Positions 49,675 through 62,790 are shown, counted from the whole stretch's first letter. The stretch: 63,462 nucleotides of DNA, filler included, from Olpidium bornovanus S191 (GCA_017911155.1; 29 parts of 29 records of this genome joined end to end with filler, not necessarily neighbours in it); one strand, 5' to 3'. Notes: generated by a model from the letters alone, not told the origin. Numbers and translations: made by a program.

Positions 49675-49774
49675 NNNNNNNNNNNNNNNNNNNNNNNNNN
49701 NNNNNNNNNNNNNNNNNNTTAATTAATTAANNNNNNNNNNNNNNNNNNNNNNNNNNNNNNNNNNNNNNNNNNNN

Positions 49775-50956
49775 CAAGCGGCGCAGAAGAGGCCATTGCC
49801 GAGAATCAGCAACGCGAGAGACGGAGATCAGAGTAGGGTACTTTCGGATTCCGTACGACCTCTGTCCGACGACGCGTAGAAATTGAACTTACATGAAGCG
49901 GGCGCGCGGCGATCGGGTGGGGGCCGGCGGGGGGGGGGATGTGGGACATGGTCGTTTGCGGTTAAAGAGAAGGAAAACGTGGCGACCGCTGCTTCTCCCC
50001 GAATATCTCGAGTCAAATGCGGTCTTGATCAAGCGGAACCTCAGAGAGGCGACAGCGGCGTGGACATCGGAGTGACGGGAACGACGATAACGGCCGGTGA
50101 CCGGAAGAGGCCCGCCCAACCAGATGCACCGCATTTTTCAACCAAAGAGATCGACGCCGCCTTGGACGAATGCCGCGCGCACCTCGCGAACGAAAGACAC
50201 CTTGCGCAGCACGTTTCTGCTGCGGAGCCTCGGCCGAAATCGGTCGCGGGGTATGCCTCGCGGCCTGCGACTCCTCCCGGCCTGTACGAGGACAAGCTAC
50301 TCAAGCCGCTGCCGGCGGAGTACGCCCTGAACTCTGAGTTCCGGGACCTTGCCAACATAATTCGCCGTGACATCTTCCAGGCAAACCCCAACGTGCGGTG
50401 GTCGGACATCGCCGGTTTGGCAGATTCCAAAAGGCTTGTGAAAGAGGCGGTGGTATACCCTTTGAAATATCCTCAGTAAGAAAACAACGTTCACCGAAAG
50501 ACACGGGAAACACGCGTCGTTCGCCGAGAAAATGACGATTTTTTTATATCGATTTTTAGGTTTTTCACGGGGTTGCTTTCGCCGTGGAAAGGGCTCCTTT
50601 TGTATGGTCCCCCAGGAACGGGAAAGACGGTTGGTGTCTGGAGGGAGCTTTCAACCGTTCCTATGCACCATATCTCGTCACACTTTCACTTTACGGACAA
50701 CTTCAGATGATCGCCAAAGCGGTTGCAACAGAATGCCGAACGACGTTCTTCAACATTTCCGCATCGTCAATAGTGAGCAAATGGCGAGGTGTGCAAAAAG
50801 GAATTAGGCGGTGTTTTTGGGGGGATTGTCCCCGCGCTTGCCGAAGGAGGTACATTTCTCGGTAACGCTTTTTTACTTTTTTTTTTTAAAAAAAAAAATA
50901 CCAGGCGACTCGGAAAAGCTCGTGCGGGTCCTTTTCGAGCTCGCCCGGCACCATGC
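49775..50956 (+). CDS. KATNAL2: Katanin p60 ATPase-like 2 (AAA microtubule-severing), internal fragment
   Basis: KLLKPLP...[30 protein letters not shown]...[16 protein letters not shown]|[23 protein letters not shown]|[28 protein letters not shown]|[16 protein letters not shown]. The LLKPL, EAVVYP and ATEC signatures are those of the KATNAL2 branch. Confidence 0.92.
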
Positions 50957-51056
50957 NNNNNNNNNNNNNNNNNNNNNNNNNNNNNNNNNNNNNNNNNNNN
51001 TTAATTAATTAANNNNNNNNNNNNNNNNNNNNNNNNNNNNNNNNNNNNNNNNNNNN

Positions 51057-53590
51057 CCGTTGACTCCGCCGACTGCCAGCCACACCTCCGGAGGATTGCA
51101 ACCGAGCAGTCGTTGGAGCGAGAAAAATGACGCCCGGCGGAGGTCGTCCAGCCATTGGGCTTCGGACGCCGTCGACGACGGCGAGCGCAACAGGGAGGAA
51201 GGCGCTTTGTTTGACGCGGAAAGTGAAATCAGCGAGAGCGAGGGGGGTGAGAAAGCGCTCGCAGAAGACGAAGAGGCGCTCGAGTATTCGGCAACATGCA
51301 ATCCCCTGCTCCAAGCGCACTCGGAGTTGGTATCCTTTCGCTCCGGGAGAGGAGGCCAAATAGTTCACGACAAGCGACCGGCCAAGCCGCGGGAGCGGTA
51401 TCTTTGGAAGAGCGAGATTAGAGATTGTCATTGGAGCAATTTTGACTACGCAACGCTTGATTCCATGGTATGGTGGCCTGAACCTTCCGGAGTGTGGGCG
51501 GGGAGAGGGTAGGGAAGCGCGGGGAACGGTTGCCCCGCCTTTTTTGTTTTGTTTTTTCGACTTTTTCTGTTGCTTCGTCTTCGCAGGGATAACCGTTTGA
51601 CGGCAATGTCCCCTATAGCCCCTTGGTGACGACGACATGGAGGAAGACCTCCAACGCCAATTAGATCCGGCGTTCCAGAAAGAAAAGGTACGTCGAATTC
51701 AGAATGCAGAGAGAAGTACCAAAGACCGGGAATTCAGCTTATCTAAGCTCCATTACGTAAGAAGGCGGCTGATTACAGGCCGAAATCAACAAAAACCTCT
51801 GAAAGAGTTCCGCAAGGCTCAATTCTCCTGGAAATTGATGAACAAAGTGCCGCAGGCATGCTATACAGCGGAGTCCACGTTGACTATGCCCAATTCGCTA
51901 ACCTTGGTGCGTGTGGCGCTTGAGGCGGAAGCCCGCCGCATCCTGAGGACACACAGGAGTGATGTAGCCACGACTTATTTGACATCGCCAGATGAAAAAC
52001 TCACAAGATATAAAGAAGTAGAAGAGCTTTACGAAGAGATTATGCGCAGCATAGCTGGTGATCACCTTAATTTGATTGACGGTAGGAAATCCTTAAAACT
52101 TTCTTTTCGCCACGTTCTCCTAAAGCAGACTCGCCCTCTGCTCCGTCCCCGTTCCTTCGCGCTAAAAAGAGGCAGGCCGTTTTACAGATTGCGGCGGGGG
52201 CACGGTGGCGCCGCTGCCAGACCAGGCCGTGCCAATAAGCCGGCCGTTCCAGATGTTGGGCCCGGTGCGAGTGAAACCCGCGAGGCGCGAGGAAAAGGTC
52301 CACGAAGGCTTGACCGACGAAGAGAAGGGGCGGCTGCGCCCGCGGACCCCGCACACCGTTAGCGTCTCGGCCGACGAGTTCGCCCGGAACCGGGCGGCGG
52401 CCATGTGCAAGACGCCGTCCTCCAAGATCACTTCGCTCAAGTACAATTACGGGGGGTACGTTCCGCCCGAGGCCACGGCGAACATGCGAAAGCCAAAGGA
52501 GAAGTTCGACTTCATGGACTACATCGACTTTCTCCAAGACCGCATCTCCGACCACGTGCTCGAGCTCATCAAGCCCAGCGACCGCCTCGAGCAGGAGAGG
52601 CTCGAGCAGCTCCGCATCGAAGACGAGGAGCGGGCGGCCGAAGAGGAGAGGATGAGGATCGAGCGGGCAATGAGGGAAAAGAAGGCGAAGAAGGAGCGGA
52701 TGCTGAATTACAAACACGGGTACTGGAACGCTAACATATTGGAGTACATGGCGGAGATGCACGACAAATCGCTGCCGGTACCAAAGGTTCCGGAAGAAGC
52801 TGAAGAAGACAGGCAGTTCAAGGAACTGCGCAATAAAGGGTCCGAGGAAGAACCGTACGTGGCCCGCACCGGACGGTACCGCCCCCTCCCCTCTCTTAAC
52901 ACCAAAACGCCTGTGAAGTGTTTGGGGCTGAGCGTTTCAGGTTCTAGTCCGCCACCACTAGTTAAGTCGATGTCAAGGATTGACATAGGAGAAATGCAAC
53001 ATCGGCTCGAAAGAATCTGGATGACATTGGATATGCCAGACAGCCAGCGAATGGAAATCGCAATAAAGTACGGGTCGCACCAGTTTGCGCCGAAGTTGGA
53101 AGGGGTAAGGCTGTGTTTTCCTGGGGAGAGGAAACGAATGCTCCATCACCCTCCCGCCCCCCATCCCGACTTGAAAGGCTATTGTGAAATGCTGTTGAAA
53201 CCGTCTAGTTCAGGTTATAGAGCTCTGGGAAGCGGCGGCAGACCACATCGAAAAGAGGGAGGACCTCCTGCCGTTGCTCGAAGAGTTCGAATGGCGAGCT
53301 TCAGACCCTGCGTACGTCGTCTTCGTCCCCAAGTCGTTCAACATGGAAGGAAAAAACAAAAAAAAAAAAAAAAAAGGAAACTGAAGCAGCGGCCCGCGGA
53401 TGGCGGTGTTTGGACTTTGCAACAGTCGCTTTTTCCAAACGGGTCACGCCGCGTCGTCCGAGCTCCGCTTCAGGGAGGCTCAGGAAAGAGCGGAGCTGAT
53501 TAGACAGCTGGAGGAGCACCAGGCGGAAATCGAAAAGTACGCCGCTTTGATCAAGCGGGAGACGGACGACGTCGTGACCTACGAGGGTGA
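51057..53590 (+). CDS. CCDC87: CCDC87-like coiled-coil protein (MAP65/Ase1-related C-terminus), multi-exon fragment
   Basis: LERIWMTLDMPDSQRMEIAIKYGS...ALELWEAAADHIEKREDLLLLLEEFEWRASDP|RFF...EAQERAEL...ETDDVVTYEG. The middle region has KFDFMDYIDFL. It is not certain that the exons at 51057-52100 belong to the same gene. Confidence 0.65.
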
Positions 53591-53756
53591 GTTTGGCTGT
53601 GTTTGTGAAGTGAGGGGGGGGGGGGGGGGGGGGGAGAGGGGGGGGGGGGGCGCCAGNNNNNNNNNNNNNNNNNNNNNNNNNNNNNNNNNNNNNNNNNNNN
53701 TTAATTAATTAANNNNNNNNNNNNNNNNNNNNNNNNNNNNNNNNNNNNNNNNNNNN

Positions 53757-54082
53757 AAGGCGCGCTATTCAAAAAAAACATCTCCAAACATCTACGGCAC
53801 TTCGAGGCGGCTATGGAATTGACGGATTCCGAGTTGGCAAGGTACTTCAGGCTCTCTGTCCACGAGGACTGTCATGACCGTGTGACTGAGGCCACAGCCT
53901 TGTGCACTTCGCCGGAAGCTAAGGAACAGCTCAGGGAAGTGTTCCGCGTGCAGGACGAAACTCGCATGACGGCCAGGCGGTTTACTGAATGGGTGGAGCT
54001 CGAGAGGAAGGAGACAACAGACCCCGAATTGATCCTCCGCGAGTTTGACCGCGAGTTCACCCAGTTGGACAAACGTGAATGA
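53757..54082 (+). mobile_element. Degenerate gag of the same family as 42540-43097 (copy 2)
   Basis: FKKNISKHLRHFEAAMELTDSELARYF...EAKEQLREVFRVQDETRMTARRFTEWVE...PELILREFDREFTQLDKRE*. Confidence 0.65.
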
Positions 54083-56070
54083 GCTCATTTTTACGCGAGG
54101 ACTGAATGGGTCATATGCGCACTGCCAGCACCATTGCGCTTGGAGGCGGCGCGAAAGTTGTGGTGGGGGCCGCTCCGCGAGACACCGAGTTCCCATGACA
54201 AGCCATAGCTAGAGATAGACCAATGCCATTACGGTGTTGTACTAGTTTGGTACTTTAATCAGAGGGCGTAGTCAGCCGTTAAGCCCCAGGGCTTCTCCGA
54301 GGCGGAAGACAGACAACACGATGGGAACAAACGCGATTCCAATCCTTTTCTCTCTCTTCTCTCTTTCTGTCTGTTTTCCCTCTCTGCTCGAGCGCCCCGG
54401 GCGGTCCGCCAGTTCTGCTCTGCTGTGTGCGTTCGGGTGTCGGTGCGTCTACAAATCTATTTTATGGGGTGGAGTGCGGGGTCCGCCCGGCTCTCCCACG
54501 CGTCTTCCACGCCTCCCGGACGCGTTTTAATTACCCCGCGCACCTGACACGCCACTCTCCCGTAGCCGCCAGCAGCTCCCTTCGGGGTTCTTCGTCCCGC
54601 CCCCTCGCTAATTCGTCGAGTTTAGTCGCGTCTTCGTTGACGGCATTCATTCATTTGTTCCACACGCCTCATGTCACCCGTTCTGTCTGCCATAATGGAA
54701 ATTCTTCTACATCCGCCCTCCCGCGCAAGAGGTTCAGCTCGCCTTGGAACTGATTGCGCGGTTTTCTGCAAGAATTTTGATCCTTCCTCGTGGCCGCCCC
54801 GTCTTTCGTCACGAGAACATCACGTGACACCACCTTGCGTGTTGCGCCATCCTTTCTCCCCCCAGTTCCTCTCAAGAAATAAGCTCTGTGACGCCACACT
54901 TTTTCAATCTCGTTTCTCCTCGTTCTGAGTTTCCATCGGGCTCGCGCCTCTCGCGAAATTAAGCTTTGTGGCGCCGCACTTCCTCGCCCTTTTTCCTCCT
55001 CCCCAAGTTTCTGTGTGGTTTGCCCCCCTTCCCGGCTCCTCTTCATCGGAACAACCTGCTCGGTCTTTGCCCTCAACCCTGCCGCGTCAATCTAACTTTC
55101 TTTCTGGTCACGGTAAGCTCGTTCCGCTTCTCCTTCTCCCGTGCGGCCCTGGCGGTCCAGTCCTTCATCTCCTAATCTCCCCTCGTCTTTCAGTTCGTCT
55201 TGCTGCTTTTAGCTCCGCGCTTGCCGACCCCCATGCCGGTGTCGGAGGGCAATGTGCCCTCCCTCGGCTGCCCCCCCCCCCCGTTTTGCACCCCCCCCGT
55301 AAAATAGCCTGACTTGCGCATAATCCGCACCCCCCCCAGCGACTTGCAACCGTCGAATAGCAAAAAAAAACAAAACCATACCGCTCGTGCGCGTTTCCCC
55401 GGAGGACGGCTCGCGACTGCGACTCCCGCGGCGGAGGGCTGCAGCTCCTTAGGTCTGGTAAGGGTAGGAACACGAGAGGCGGCGCGAGCTGAGTTCCTTT
55501 TAGAGGTTTCTTCGAGCCTTCCTTCCGATGTCCCTTCAAATCCTCCTTGGTGCGGGCATAAACGGCGATGGGAGAGGCCGGCCGACATCGCCGGACGCCT
55601 TGCAGCAAGAGCCCCGGCTGTTGTTGTGGGTGGTGTGTCCGGCGAAGGTTTCTTGTATTTATTTGAAGAGAGACACCAGGGGTTTTACGTACAGAGGCCC
55701 CCCTCGATTGGGGGCCCGAACAATAAGGAGAAGCGGGCGGTACATCAAGTTCGAGCGGTGAGTATCGAAGTCAGGCGAAGAGCATCGGGATCGAGCGAAG
55801 GGCTTCGAGGTCGAGCGAGAGGCATTGAGATCGAACGGAAAGCATCGAGATCAAACGGGAAGCATCGAAGTCGAACGGTACATCGATGGGAGGCGGTGCG
55901 TTGAGCAGAGGAGAATAATAGAGTGTCCACTACACTGTCCCTGTTTTCTCCCTCCTTTTTCTCGAGGTCGGGCCCTTCTAGGCCGACAATTGGCGTTCCG
56001 AGCAGGAGCACAGGGGCAAGGTAAAGTCCAGAACCGTCCGCAACTGGCCGTGGTCATAACAGGAATCCCG

Positions 56071-56382
56071 TGTAACAAGTGTATTACTTTATCTGCGCGA
56101 TGCGCTATCTGGAGATAGTAAATACACTAGTCTGGCTCTAGAGTCTGGATCTGGATCTGGAATGCGAATGCTTTTTGATGCTTGGATGTTATGCTAGGAC
56201 TTTCGTGTGAGCGCGATCTACCTCTAAGGTACGTCGGGTGTGGCGCTTTATATAGGCACGGCCTGCGCCGTTACGCCGTACTGTGTGGGATCTTGGTAGT
56301 GTTGCACGTACCGCCGGTGCGCGGTGCCGCGTACCGGTGCACCCTGCCATACCGGTGCGCAATATCCAGTATTGCGGCCCCG
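56071..56382 (-). repeat. Probable LTR (solo or 3'), similar layout to 6090-6568
   Basis: On the minus strand: GCCTATATAAAGC TATA (about 56248-56256), (CCAGAT)n repeats, and ATAAAGTAATACACTTGTTACA ending at 56071. No TGG PBS follows. Confidence 0.5.
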
Positions 56383-56550
56383 NNNNNNNNNNNNNNNNNN
56401 NNNNNNNNNNNNNNNNNNNNNNNNNNTTAATTAATTAANNNNNNNNNNNNNNNNNNNNNNNNNNNNNNNNNNNNNNNNNNNNAGAAGGAAATGTGTGGGA
56501 GAGGGGTTTTTGTTCCGAGCCTTCCTCTAACTCAGCGCCGCCCGCTGCAG

Positions 56551-57888
56551 GTCGCACTTACCATGTCAACACTCGGTCAGGAGAGGTCGCCAACCGGATA
56601 ATCCCTGTCGGTAGGCGCGCCCCTCGTTCTACGGAAGTTTTTTTTTTCTTTTTTTTTCGTTTTTTTTTTTTTTTTTTTTTTTTTTTGCCCTTCGGGCGGG
56701 TGAGGCCGGCTGGCAGGCGCGCGCGGCGATGCGACCTGTGCGTGCCGGGTGGCAGAGAATGATTATTTTTTTCCATTCCACCCCCCACATCGCGTGTAAA
56801 ACGCAGGCGACCCTGCCCGCGCAAAGCGCATCGCCGGCCTTCTGGACAATCCCGAGCAGGCCTTCTCTCACTTCTCCGGTCGCCAGTTCCTCACCATCAC
56901 CGGGACGTACAAGGGCGTCCCGGTCTCGCTCGTGGCGATCGGCATGGGAATCGCGAACGTCGACTTCTTCGTGCGCGAGTGCCGCGCGGTCGTACGCGGG
57001 CCGATGGCCGTGATCCGCCTGGGCAGCTGCGGCGCCATCGACAAGAGCACGCGAGTCGGCCAGGTGGTTGTCCCAGACCGGGCCGTCGCCGTCACCCGCA
57101 ACTACGACTACTTCAACGGCTACCTGGAGCGGGGCCGCGGTCGCGACGGGGAGGCGCCGTACGTCATAAGCCTGCCCGAGGCCGCCGACGCCGAGCTCAC
57201 CGCCGCTCTCGCCGCCGAGATGTCCCGGCAGGTCGGCGCCGGGAACGTCGTGACCGGCCTCGACGTGGCGACGGACTCGTTCTACTGCTCCCAGGGGCGC
57301 ACCGGCGACGCGTTTTACGACGACAACGGCGACCTCTTCGAGACCATCCGCGCCCGCCACCCGGAAGCCGTCTCGATGGAGATGGAGGACCACACGATCT
57401 TCCACCTGGCCAACTCGGCCCGCCCGATGCCCGGCTTCGACGCGTCCGTCCGCAGCATCCGCGCCGCCGCCGCCATGATTGTGTTCGCCGACCGCACCAG
57501 CAACGAATTCATCAGCGCCGGGCGGGTCGCGGAGCTCGAGTCCGCCACCGGCGCCGCCGTCCTGGAGGCCGTCACCAAGTGCGACCTCGGAGTCGACGGG
57601 TCCAAGCTTCACCCCACCGAGGGCAGCGTCTGGGAGCGCAGCGGTGCCCGCCCGGACGGCACCCGGCCATGTAAGAGCAGCGCCGCTTCGCCTTTTGGCC
57701 CCATACGGCGGCCCGCGCGGGCTCCCCCCTCCCCCGCTCCTCTTCCGGTGGAGTTCCATCGTGTCGGAGGAACTTCTAATAGGGCCGCGCTTCTTTTTTA
57801 CGCGTTCAAATCACAGCCGCTGAAGCCTAGCCCGAAACGCATTCCGCGCTTACCAGCATCCCGTGCGCTTACCGGCCACTACAGCTAG
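56551..57888 (+). CDS. Uridine/purine nucleoside phosphorylase (PNP_UDP_1 family), 5' truncated
   Basis: GRTYHVNTRSGEVANRIIPV|GDPARAKRIA...FLTITGTYKGVPVSLVAIGMGIANVDFFVRE...IRLGSCG...DSFYCSQGR...SMEMEDHTIFHLA...LHPTEGSVWE. The true stop may lie before 57888. Confidence 0.92.
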
Positions 57889-58120
57889 AAGAGTATCTTA
57901 TAATCAACCCCTCCCTTCCCTCCCTCCCCCCCCCCCCCCCCCCCCCGCCCCCCCCTACCACCTCTACCCGCCCCTGAGCCCCCCGGAGGGGCTGTTCTTT
58001 GCTTTCTTTTCTTCGGGGGGNNNNNNNNNNNNNNNNNNNNNNNNNNNNNNNNNNNNNNNNNNNNTTAATTAATTAANNNNNNNNNNNNNNNNNNNNNNNN
58101 NNNNNNNNNNNNNNNNNNNN

Positions 58121-60120
58121 AAGTTCCGAATCGGCCTTTTCGGCCTCTCCTCCTTCGCCGGGGGCCGCCGCGTCCGCGACGCCCTCCAAGGTCTCGCCTC
58201 CTAAAGTTTCGTTGTCAGGATTCAAGAAAATCTCTATCATGTGGTAAATAGCTTTCTCGCCCCACTCGGCGTCTCTTCTGGCAGAGCTGAGGTGCTTGAG
58301 CGCTTCCGACAGCTTGTTCGTGTAACGGCAGTAGATGCCCTTGCAGTAGTGGAACCCGGCTTCGTTTCGAACCTTGGGGGGCACCGCCTTTGCGGAGTCC
58401 GCGATGGCCGCCTCCACTTCCTCGATTCGCCCCGACCGCCGCAGCGTCTCTATCAATCGGGACAGCGCCAACCAGTGCCCGGGCCGCGCGGCGAGCAGCT
58501 GGCGGTAGTGGAACACCGCTTGCGTGTGGGCGTTCTTGCCGAACATCGTCTCCGCGATCATGAACGTCGCCTCTTCGTTGGCGGGGTCCGCCCGGAGGAT
58601 CGCCGCGCACTGGGCCTGCGCTGCGCTCAGGTCGCCCTTCGCCGCGCACAATCGCGCGAGCGCTATTGCCGGCTGCAACCCGAGTACGCGGGACAACGTT
58701 GGCTCACGCCTTCTCTGCGGCGAGTGCGAGCGAAAAACTCTCGTTACCTTAGTGGCCGCCGGGTAGCTCTGCATCGCTTCGTTGTACAGCGACATTGCTT
58801 GATCGTTGTCCCGCAGAGGCCCCGCATAAAGCTCCGCGAGCTCACAGCAGATGTAACAAGCCGCGAGCCGCTGCCGCCGGCCGTCCTCAATTGTTGAATC
58901 CCCGTCCAGGAGGCTGGAATGACGAAAGGGCGGAGGGTCAAAACCACAGGAAATCGTTCCACGTGGAATTCTCCGTCTCCGATTTGACACCTGTTCTGGA
59001 TACTTCTCGCTTCAAGCAGAGGTTTGGCGGCCTTCTCCGGTATCCCTGCAGATTTGTACACTGCGCCTAGGAGAATGAGGTACCGCACTTTCTGGGGAGC
59101 TGGCGTCTCGTTCTCTCCTATGCCAGAGACTTTAAGTGAGCCGCGCCCGCTGTCAACCTGCTGGCGTCCGCCGTAGGGCCAGCACGTTACCGTCGGCAGC
59201 GTCAAGGGCATCCCTGATGACCCGCTCGGCGTTGTCGAACTGTTTCAGCTTCCGGTATAGGTCGGCCAGATCGTATCGCAGTTCGGGAGCGAGGATGCGG
59301 TCGTTCGCAAGGGCGGTCTCGTAATAGTGGATCGCCTGACCGGAGAAAAATGGCTGAGCAAGGCCTCTTCAAAAAATTGGCAATGATCAATAGTACTGCG
59401 GGGTTGGCGAGTTCCGCACCTTTTTGTATCGATGCGTCTTTATGAGCGCTTTCCCGAGCTTGCTGGCCAAAACTGGGTCATTTGGATGAAAACCGAGAGC
59501 GGACTCGTACACGTTGATCGCCTTTTCCGGCTGGAGTCGTTTGCAATGTGCAGCGTCCCCCACGCGATTCGCGATAAACTTAGATGCTTCCGGATTGGCC
59601 GTCCCTGCAGTGAAATTTGACCCGTCATAGCAAAGCGCCGGCTAACGCACTTCCTGTATCGTCATGTATGCGTCACCCAGCATGAAGCATGTCTCCAATG
59701 TCGGATTCCGCTCCATTGACTCTCGGTAGCACCTCGCGTACGCCTTCCGGTCGCGCTTGTGCTTAAGGTAGATCTCTGCCATCTTGCTAATGGCGTCCAT
59801 GTAGTGCCTGCGGGCGTCGAGTGTACCGTGCTTTTTAAAAAAAAAAAAAAAACAACACAACCCCCCTTCCACGCAAAAGTTTATTTTCGCGTAGAGGAGA
59901 TGGCAACTGACGCTTTCTCTGGGCCAATACTGCCGAGAGCGTGTAGAGCCGCATCAACCTCGCCTTGCTCGAGGGAAATCATTGCGCTGGCGATGGTGAC
60001 TTGGTCCTGCTGCGGGGTGCCGGAAAAGTCATGTACGGCATCCTCCATGATCTTGGCGGCCTCATGCTGGAAGGTTTCGAACAGGCCCGCGCGCGCGACC
60101 GGCATAGGCGATGCAACTAT
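58121..60120 (-). CDS. TTC21B: Intraflagellar transport protein IFT139 (TPR protein, IFT-A), internal fragment
   Basis: HEAAKIMEDAVHDFSGTPQQDQVTIA; KMAEIYLKHKRDRKAYARCY; LGDAYMTIQEPEKAI; AIHYYETAL...LRYDLADL; GFHYCKGIY; ARRDAEWGEKAIYHMIEIFLNPDNETLGGE. Confidence 0.93.
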
Positions 60121-60283
60121 TATTCGAGATCCAGGGTGCTCGCCGTCCGGACCGGACGGGAATACCCACAGGGACAACATACANNNNNNNNNNNNNNNNN
60201 NNNNNNNNNNNNNNNNNNNNNNNNNNNTTAATTAATTAANNNNNNNNNNNNNNNNNNNNNNNNNNNNNNNNNNNNNNNNNNNN

Positions 60284-61265
60284 CCCGGCTGATTGCCAGA
60301 CGTCCTGGAGATTTCCTTGGAGACCTCCTTGGAGAGTTGTGCGACCTTCAGGATGTGCACTGCCAGGTCGGCGGACTTGATCGAGACGTGCGACCCACGC
60401 CATGCAACGGAGACGACTTCGCCTTCCTTCGCCTTCAACTGGTCACCGAGAACGTCCTGTGGGCAGTGATTGGCCAGGCTCAGCTCGATTACAAATGGTG
60501 GCGAGAAAGTGAGAGCAAGAGGGAGAGAAAGAAAAGGGGATGGAGAGAAAAGGAGAGAGAGTGGGGGAGAAAAAGCGGGGCGAGAGAGAGAAATATACAG
60601 AGAGGCAGAACGGCGAAGCGTCACCTACATCGAGCTGCAACACCAGCTCTTGTAATCCCTGGCTACCGACGCCTTTCTTCTTCAGCGTCGCCATCAACTG
60701 GCTGACGTCGCCGCCGCCGGTGAAAACGCGGAGATTGTATGCGCAGTACCGGATGTTGGGGTCAATCTCGTCAACCGCTGCGTGGCAAAGGGCCTCTTGG
60801 TGGGGGGTACCCGTGGCCGCAAGCTTTTCGTAGATGGTGCGCGCGCACGTAAACTTCTCCAGCGCCTCCAACCACTTCTTCTCTTCGAAAAACGCGTACC
60901 CGCTCAGCACTGCGGAATATGCCTACATACGGGTGGGTTTTGGGCGGAATCTCGTGAACCGGCAGCGCCAAGAGTTCGCGCGTGGTCCGGCCTTGCCGCC
61001 CGGTTGGTCAGGCACTTCGAGGAAAAAAAAAACAACGGAAAGACACCTGCGTTTCCAGAGAAGTTCTCGTGTCGACCCGCGCGTCGTCGCCCAGCCCGCA
61101 CAAGCTCTCGAGCTGCGAAGCGTAAACGGCCGCTTTGCGGAACCTCCGAACGACGTGGTACTGCCTGTGCGGGTCGCCCTCGGTGCGGTTCTCGTCCTTC
61201 AGCTCCATGGCGTAGGTCCATGCTCGCTCCGCCTGGAAGAGCAGGAGCTGCAAAGCCCTGAGGCG
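60284..61265 (-). CDS. SRP68: Signal recognition particle subunit SRP68, internal fragment
   Basis: LLLFQAERAWTYAMELK...HVVRRFRKAAVYASQL...RTSLETQ|AYSAVLSG...KWLEALEKF...ARTIYEKL...DEIDPNIRYCAYNL...SVAWRG. Confidence 0.93.
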
Positions 61266-61391
61266 CGACCATAAGTTACCCCGCGAGAAACACGCCCCTC
61301 CCCCACACCTCCCACTATCACCGCCCCAGAGCGGCCAGGCTTCGCTGCCGAATGCCGCAACTCCCCCGCGAACGCGAGCGCGTGGCCAAAC

Positions 61392-61427
<36 letters not shown>

Positions 61428-62748
61428 GACCCCTCCCCGGGCCCCCCCCCCCCCCCCCCCCCCCCCCGCCTCCTCCCCCCCCTCCCGCCCGGACAATCCC
61501 GTCTTTTTTTTTTTTTTTCTCCNNNNNNNNNNNNNNNNNNNNNNNNNNNNNNNNNNNNNNNNNNNNTTAATTAATTAANNNNNNNNNNNNNNNNNNNNNN
61601 NNNNNNNNNNNNNNNNNNNNNNCGTTGCGCCTGCCAGGAGAATCCTAGTCAGAGGGAGCGAAAATCGACGGGAAACGGAAATGTAGAACTCTGCAGCCAG
61701 CTGGGCTAAACTTCTTTGAACTAACTTTTGGTATGTTTCATGGTGTAACCATATTGTAATTTATATTATATATATTATTAATATTATTATAATTATTACT
61801 ATTTTTAATATTAAATTATAGATGAGAACGCGCCAACAAGGAATACCGGAAGCTGCCAGCCCGCCATTGTTGCGGAGCAGAAGCAGAGTTGAACATTTTT
61901 GATTAACTTGGCCGTCGGGCTGGCGAAGGATCTGGTTGCATAAAAAAATATTGTCGGGTTGCGTCCAACATTCCAGAAGCGATGCGGTTTCCGCCGGACA
62001 CGCACAACAGCACCCTGGGCTATTTTTATATATTGGTGCTTTTAAACGTGTCCATATGCGGAGACTGTTGCCCTGGGTACACCACGTGTGTTCTAACATG
62101 CCCCTATCACCCGAGCGCAGCCACGGCAACTGCTGTGGAAGGGGGAAGTTTGCGTTAAACGCGCTCCGAGCGAGGTGAATGAACACGATGGAGGTGTTCC
62201 GTTGGGAGCCAGTTTTTCCACGGTGTTCAGTCAAGCGATTACCGGGAGGTCAGGCCTCGACCTATATTCACTGCAGAACTGTCCCAACTCCGTTGCCATT
62301 ATCCCGCTGCCCTGACTAACTTCTGAATATGAGCGGTACTCAGGATGTGACTCGCACGGATAGAGAACAATGGAAAGAGGGCGCTCTGCGTGCATATTTG
62401 ATTTGTTTGGCAAGAGCAAGGGAGGCCAGGCCGAAATCGTCCTCTTGCGGGATTGATTGATCGCCGATGCGCGAATGTACAAAGCCCTGGGAAGGGGTTG
62501 GTTTTCGAGAACTTTTAGCGGGGGCGAAGTCTATGCGCATGAAAGTTTACCCGCACAGAGTCCGAGCGCTTTTCACCGCGGAATCCGCGCCCGGAAGTGC
62601 GACACGCGCAAAACGGGTGCCGCCCTTCACAGTCGCACCTCTCCACCCCGGCGCAGAGCAGCCACACCCCGGCCCAAGTTGCCCTCGGTTCAGTATTCCG
62701 TGGCCCTGCCCGTTTCCCCGGCCGACAGGCGCACTCCCCCTGCACCCT

Positions 62749-62790
<42 letters not shown>

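Noticed and set aside
43653-60120. A flagellar gene cluster (PFN4, KATNAL2, CCDC87, IFT139 within 17 kb)
   Set aside because: Each gene is on a different piece separated by linkers, so there is no evidence of linkage.
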